From: a virus
Taxonomy: Duplodnaviria > Caudoviricetes
Strand: one strand, 5' to 3'
Length of the DNA stretch: 58,207 bases
Virus record (IMG/VR): IMGVR_UViG_3300029267_000807
Location: 1 to 58,207 of that record
A program made the position numbers and the translations under genes. The notes beneath the pieces were generated by a model that saw nothing but the letters and a program-made list of their open reading frames with translations, did not search any database and was not told the origin of the DNA. The number at the start of each line of letters is the position of its first letter. The stretch's first letter is position 1. Positions 55,538 through 58,207 of the stretch are shown one piece after another.

Positions 55538-56943
55538 GGTAGGTCTTCACTTCCTTTCGGCGGCGGGCTGTCCATGATCGGCGGTCCCGAATCCATAAAC
55601 CGGAAGCGGTCCCCTTCGAATCGAAGTGAACAGGACCCCGTTTTCCCCAGTGTATTTTTGTCGGCGCGAAGGGTCGCGCTGGGTCCCCGGTCCCCTTCCC
55701 GAATGTCATATTCGGGCATGTCCTTTGTCGCGCGCTGTCGGTCTAGCATGAACATGACGTTCGCCTTGTCTTCCAGTTCCCCCGTATCGCGGATATCGTC
55801 GGACGTTTTGATTTTCTTGTCCCGGCTTCCTTTGGAAAACTGGGACCCGATCACGTATGGAATTCCCAACTGTTCAGCGGACGATTTCAGAAGTTCGATC
55901 GCGTCCCCTAAAGCCTGGGCGCGTACAGCCCCATGCTCATAGTCCAGGCGAAGCTTTTGAAGGTAATCGACAATGACAATGTCGCAAAGCCCCTTACTGT
56001 GAAGGGTCCGGGCGGTCCGGGCGATCCGGGCGGCGGACCAGCGGGGACTATGAACATACGTGATCCCCCCGGCCCAGGGCTTCATGCTGTCGATCGCCTT
56101 TAGCGCGGCGTCCGGCATATCCCCGCGTTCTAGGGCTTCCATAGGGACCCCGGAATGTCGACAGGTCCGGCGGTCGACCATGATCGCATGGTTCAGTTCC
56201 AAATGAAAGAAGGCGACCCGGATCCCCTGTTTCGCCCAGTGTTCCGCGGCTTGTTCCATGAACGACGTCTTTCCAACCCCCGGTTCAGCCGCGATCGCGC
56301 AAAGCGTCCCGGCGCGAAGATGCGAAACAAGGTGTTTTACACCCTTCCATGGGAAGTCGATCCAGAATTGTTCACCCTCTTCCCGGGCGATTTCGTCGGC
56401 TTTGCGTTCAAGCTGAAGGTCGACGAACAGGGACAGTGATTCCAGCCAGTACAGAATCGCGTCGTCATGGGACCCTTCCGGGCGAATGCTGTCAAGCCAG
56501 CGGCGGGCTTTCCCGAACAGTTCGTCAAGTTCTTCGCGGTCCTCATAAGCGGCTTTGGCGATCTGTCCAGCAACCCGGACCATTCTTCGAAGGGTCGACA
56601 GCCTGTTCACGATCCGGGCATGTTCGCGCACATGCATGGCGCTGGGCGTCTTCCCTATGATCCATGTCATGTACGCGACCCCGCGACCCCCGGGATCCGT
56701 CCCCAGTTCCTTCAGATCGTCCCCCATTTCGTCGGCGATAATCTGAACGTCGGTCCGGGACTGTTGATCGTGAAGTCGCTTCAGGGCTTCGAACAGGCGG
56801 GCATGACCTTCGACGTGAAAGTCTTCGGCGGATACGATTTCCAAAGCCTTACCGATCGCGTCGGGATCGATCAGCATGTCCCCCAACAGGGCTTGTTCCA
56901 TAGGGACGTTGATCAGCTTTTCGGACGGTTTTACTGCTTCCAT
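55531..56943 (-). CDS. dnaB: DnaB-like replicative helicase
   Basis: EQALLG, AEPGVGKT, FHLE, IVDYLQ, SQF, DIRDTGELEDKAN, KN. Confidence 0.92.
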   Translation of the reverse strand: MEAVKPSEKLINVPMEQALLGDMLIDPDAIGKALEIVSAEDFHVEGHARLFEALKRLHDQQSRTDVQIIADEMGDDLKELGTDPGGRGVAYMTWIIGKTPSAMHVREHARIVNRLSTLRRMVRVAGQIAKAAYEDREELDELFGKARRWLDSIRPEGSHDDAILYWLESLSLFVDLQLERKADEIAREEGEQFWIDFPWKGVKHLVSHLRAGTLCAIAAEPGVGKTSFMEQAAEHWAKQGIRVAFFHLELNHAIMVDRRTCRHSGVPMEALERGDMPDAALKAIDSMKPWAGGITYVHSPRWSAARIARTARTLHSKGLCDIVIVDYLQKLRLDYEHGAVRAQALGDAIELLKSSAEQLGIPYVIGSQFSKGSRDKKIKTSDDIRDTGELEDKANVMFMLDRQRATKDMPEYDIREGDRGPSATLRADKNTLGKTGSCSLRFEGDRFRFMDSGPPIMDSPPPKGSEDLPW

Positions 56944-58082
56944 TCGGGCGATTCCTTCCAGTCTACAGAATGCGTTTCCGGATCCAACAGGTCCCCGTTC
57001 CTATTGTACCATAGATCCCCCCGTTTCTGAAGCCCCATTTCGGCGGCAAGTTCGGCGACCTTGTCTTCAGGAAGGACGTACAAAGCCGGAAGCCATGAAA
57101 CCCAGAAGTCCAGGCGTTCCCCGGCTGTCATTTCCCAGGGGTTTCCCTGAATGAAGCGGCGCGGCGTCGACGGTCGCGCAAGTTCGGCGCGAAGGACGTC
57201 AATAAAGCGGGTTTGGCGCGGCGTAATCAGTTCTTCGGGCTTGTATATGCGATCCGGGTCCAGTCGATAGATCGCTTCCGCGATATCCCCGGGTTCGTAA
57301 ACGTCCCCATAGTGATCCTGAAGGGTCCGGGCGATATCCCCCTTCTGTTTCCCCGGGACCGTCCCCCAGTCCAGGGACGGCGCGAAATCAACAAACGCGA
57401 CAGCGGCTTTCAGCCATGGCGACGTCGACGTCTTCCGGCGGGCGCGTTGTGGCGGTCGCTTGATTACGCGTCCATGCGGGTCCCGGATCCGGAAGGGCTG
57501 TCCGCAACCTTCGCATTCAGCCGCGGAATTCTTCAGGAAGCGGATTCCAAAGACTTCCCCGCAATTCTGGCATTCGATTTCGCTGTCTGTTTCGTCGACC
57601 ATGTCGTATTCTTGAACTTCCCCCGAAGGGGGATCGGACGCGCGCGGCGAAGCCGCGTATAATTTGTGATCTGTTTCTTTTCTATACTGTTTCTTTTGTA
57701 GCATCGGGTTTTCCGGCGGCGGGTTATCCATCGGCGGATTTCCCGACTGTGGTTCGATCGGTTCTAGAACGTGATTATGGGGGTTGTCACAAGGATCTTC
57801 GTAAACGTCCCAGATCATGCCGTCAAATGTTCCGTCTTCGGCATGCGACCGCGCGCGATACACATGCCCGGCGTCTTCCAGTTCCTGAATTCCCGTTCGC
57901 AAGGCGTCCTTTCCGTCCGGCGCGCGCTTTTCCAGATCCGAAACCCGGAATGTCCAGTCTTCGGGCATGGACAGCATATAGACAAGGATCCCGCGGGCTT
58001 TCCAGGACAGGGCGCGGTTTTGAATCGTTTCGTTCCAGACGGGCGTATAGCGATCGCGGTTATGTTTGCGGATTCTGGGCAT
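56931..58082 (-). CDS. Phage replication initiator (N-terminal wHTH, central Zn ribbon)
   Basis: LSWKARGILVYMLS.P.DW...G.DALRTGIQELEDAG; CQNC/CEGC; upstream of DnaB. Confidence 0.8.
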   Translation of the reverse strand: MPRIRKHNRDRYTPVWNETIQNRALSWKARGILVYMLSMPEDWTFRVSDLEKRAPDGKDALRTGIQELEDAGHVYRARSHAEDGTFDGMIWDVYEDPCDNPHNHVLEPIEPQSGNPPMDNPPPENPMLQKKQYRKETDHKLYAASPRASDPPSGEVQEYDMVDETDSEIECQNCGEVFGIRFLKNSAAECEGCGQPFRIRDPHGRVIKRPPQRARRKTSTSPWLKAAVAFVDFAPSLDWGTVPGKQKGDIARTLQDHYGDVYEPGDIAEAIYRLDPDRIYKPEELITPRQTRFIDVLRAELARPSTPRRFIQGNPWEMTAGERLDFWVSWLPALYVLPEDKVAELAAEMGLQKRGDLWYNRNGDLLDPETHSVDWKESPEWKQ

Positions 58083-58107
58083 GTGGTTTCCTTTCCCCTG
58101 GGGGAAC

Positions 58108-58207
58108 AAAAAAGACCATTGTCATGGACTTGTCCCCGCGAAACAAAAGGCTTTGGGGCTGGACGAAGCCCCTTCATTGAAGGGACCCGTCCATGACAAC
58201 GGTCTTT
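58108..58207 (-). ncRNA. Candidate structured leader RNA (continues into 1-~128)
   Basis: 21-bp closing stem (58109-58129 with 40-60), inner hairpins, U-tract. Confidence 0.5.
58150..58207. repeat. Terminal direct repeat (copy 2)
   Basis: Identical to 1-58. Confidence 0.95.

Noticed and set aside
58150-58207. 58-bp terminal repeat as a biological terminal repeat or att site
   Set aside because: An exact short overlap that cuts through a hairpin is most simply an assembler circularisation artefact
1-58207. Alternative genetic code
   Set aside because: TAA, TAG and TGA all end well-formed genes and conserved proteins are full length in the standard code
1-58207. tRNA or rRNA genes
   Set aside because: No cloverleaf with D/T-loop consensus seen in the few intergenic gaps; a tRNA scan would be needed to exclude them fully

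Overview
The window is most likely a complete, circularised ~58.15 kb tailed dsDNA phage genome: bases 1-58 are repeated at 58150-58207. It has an HK97-type head and a siphovirus-like tail, and I see no integrase or repressor. The host is probably a Chloroflexota (Anaerolineae/Caldilineae-like) bacterium, inferred from the GH-A-type protein in the lysin position and a YFPII motif resembling the Chloroflexota YLPLI motif. The + strand (about 9.77-44.43 kb) carries a SleB-like hydrolase, terminase, an MTase, portal, MuF, protease, major capsid, a glycosyl-/methyl-/sulfotransferase cluster, a LamG fibre, neck, tail and lysis genes. The - strand (44.5-58.1 kb, continuing across the origin into 0.14-9.4 kb) carries a replication initiator, DnaB, an MT-A70 MTase, HNH, ERF, an exonuclease, a metallophosphoesterase and many small early genes behind repeated promoter cassettes. 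Most notable: (1) a capsid-linked cluster of 4 glycosyltransferase domains, a methyltransferase and 2 Stf0-like sulfotransferases, suggesting a sulfated glycan coat on the virion; (2) a probable -1 recoding event at an A9 tract fusing portal to a MuF-metallopeptidase; (3) a c4/CI-like structured RNA before the replication gene; (4) repeated promoter/terminator and GNRA-hairpin modules; (5) strong genome-wide avoidance of GAG/CTC. All family assignments come from reading motifs by eye, not from database searches.
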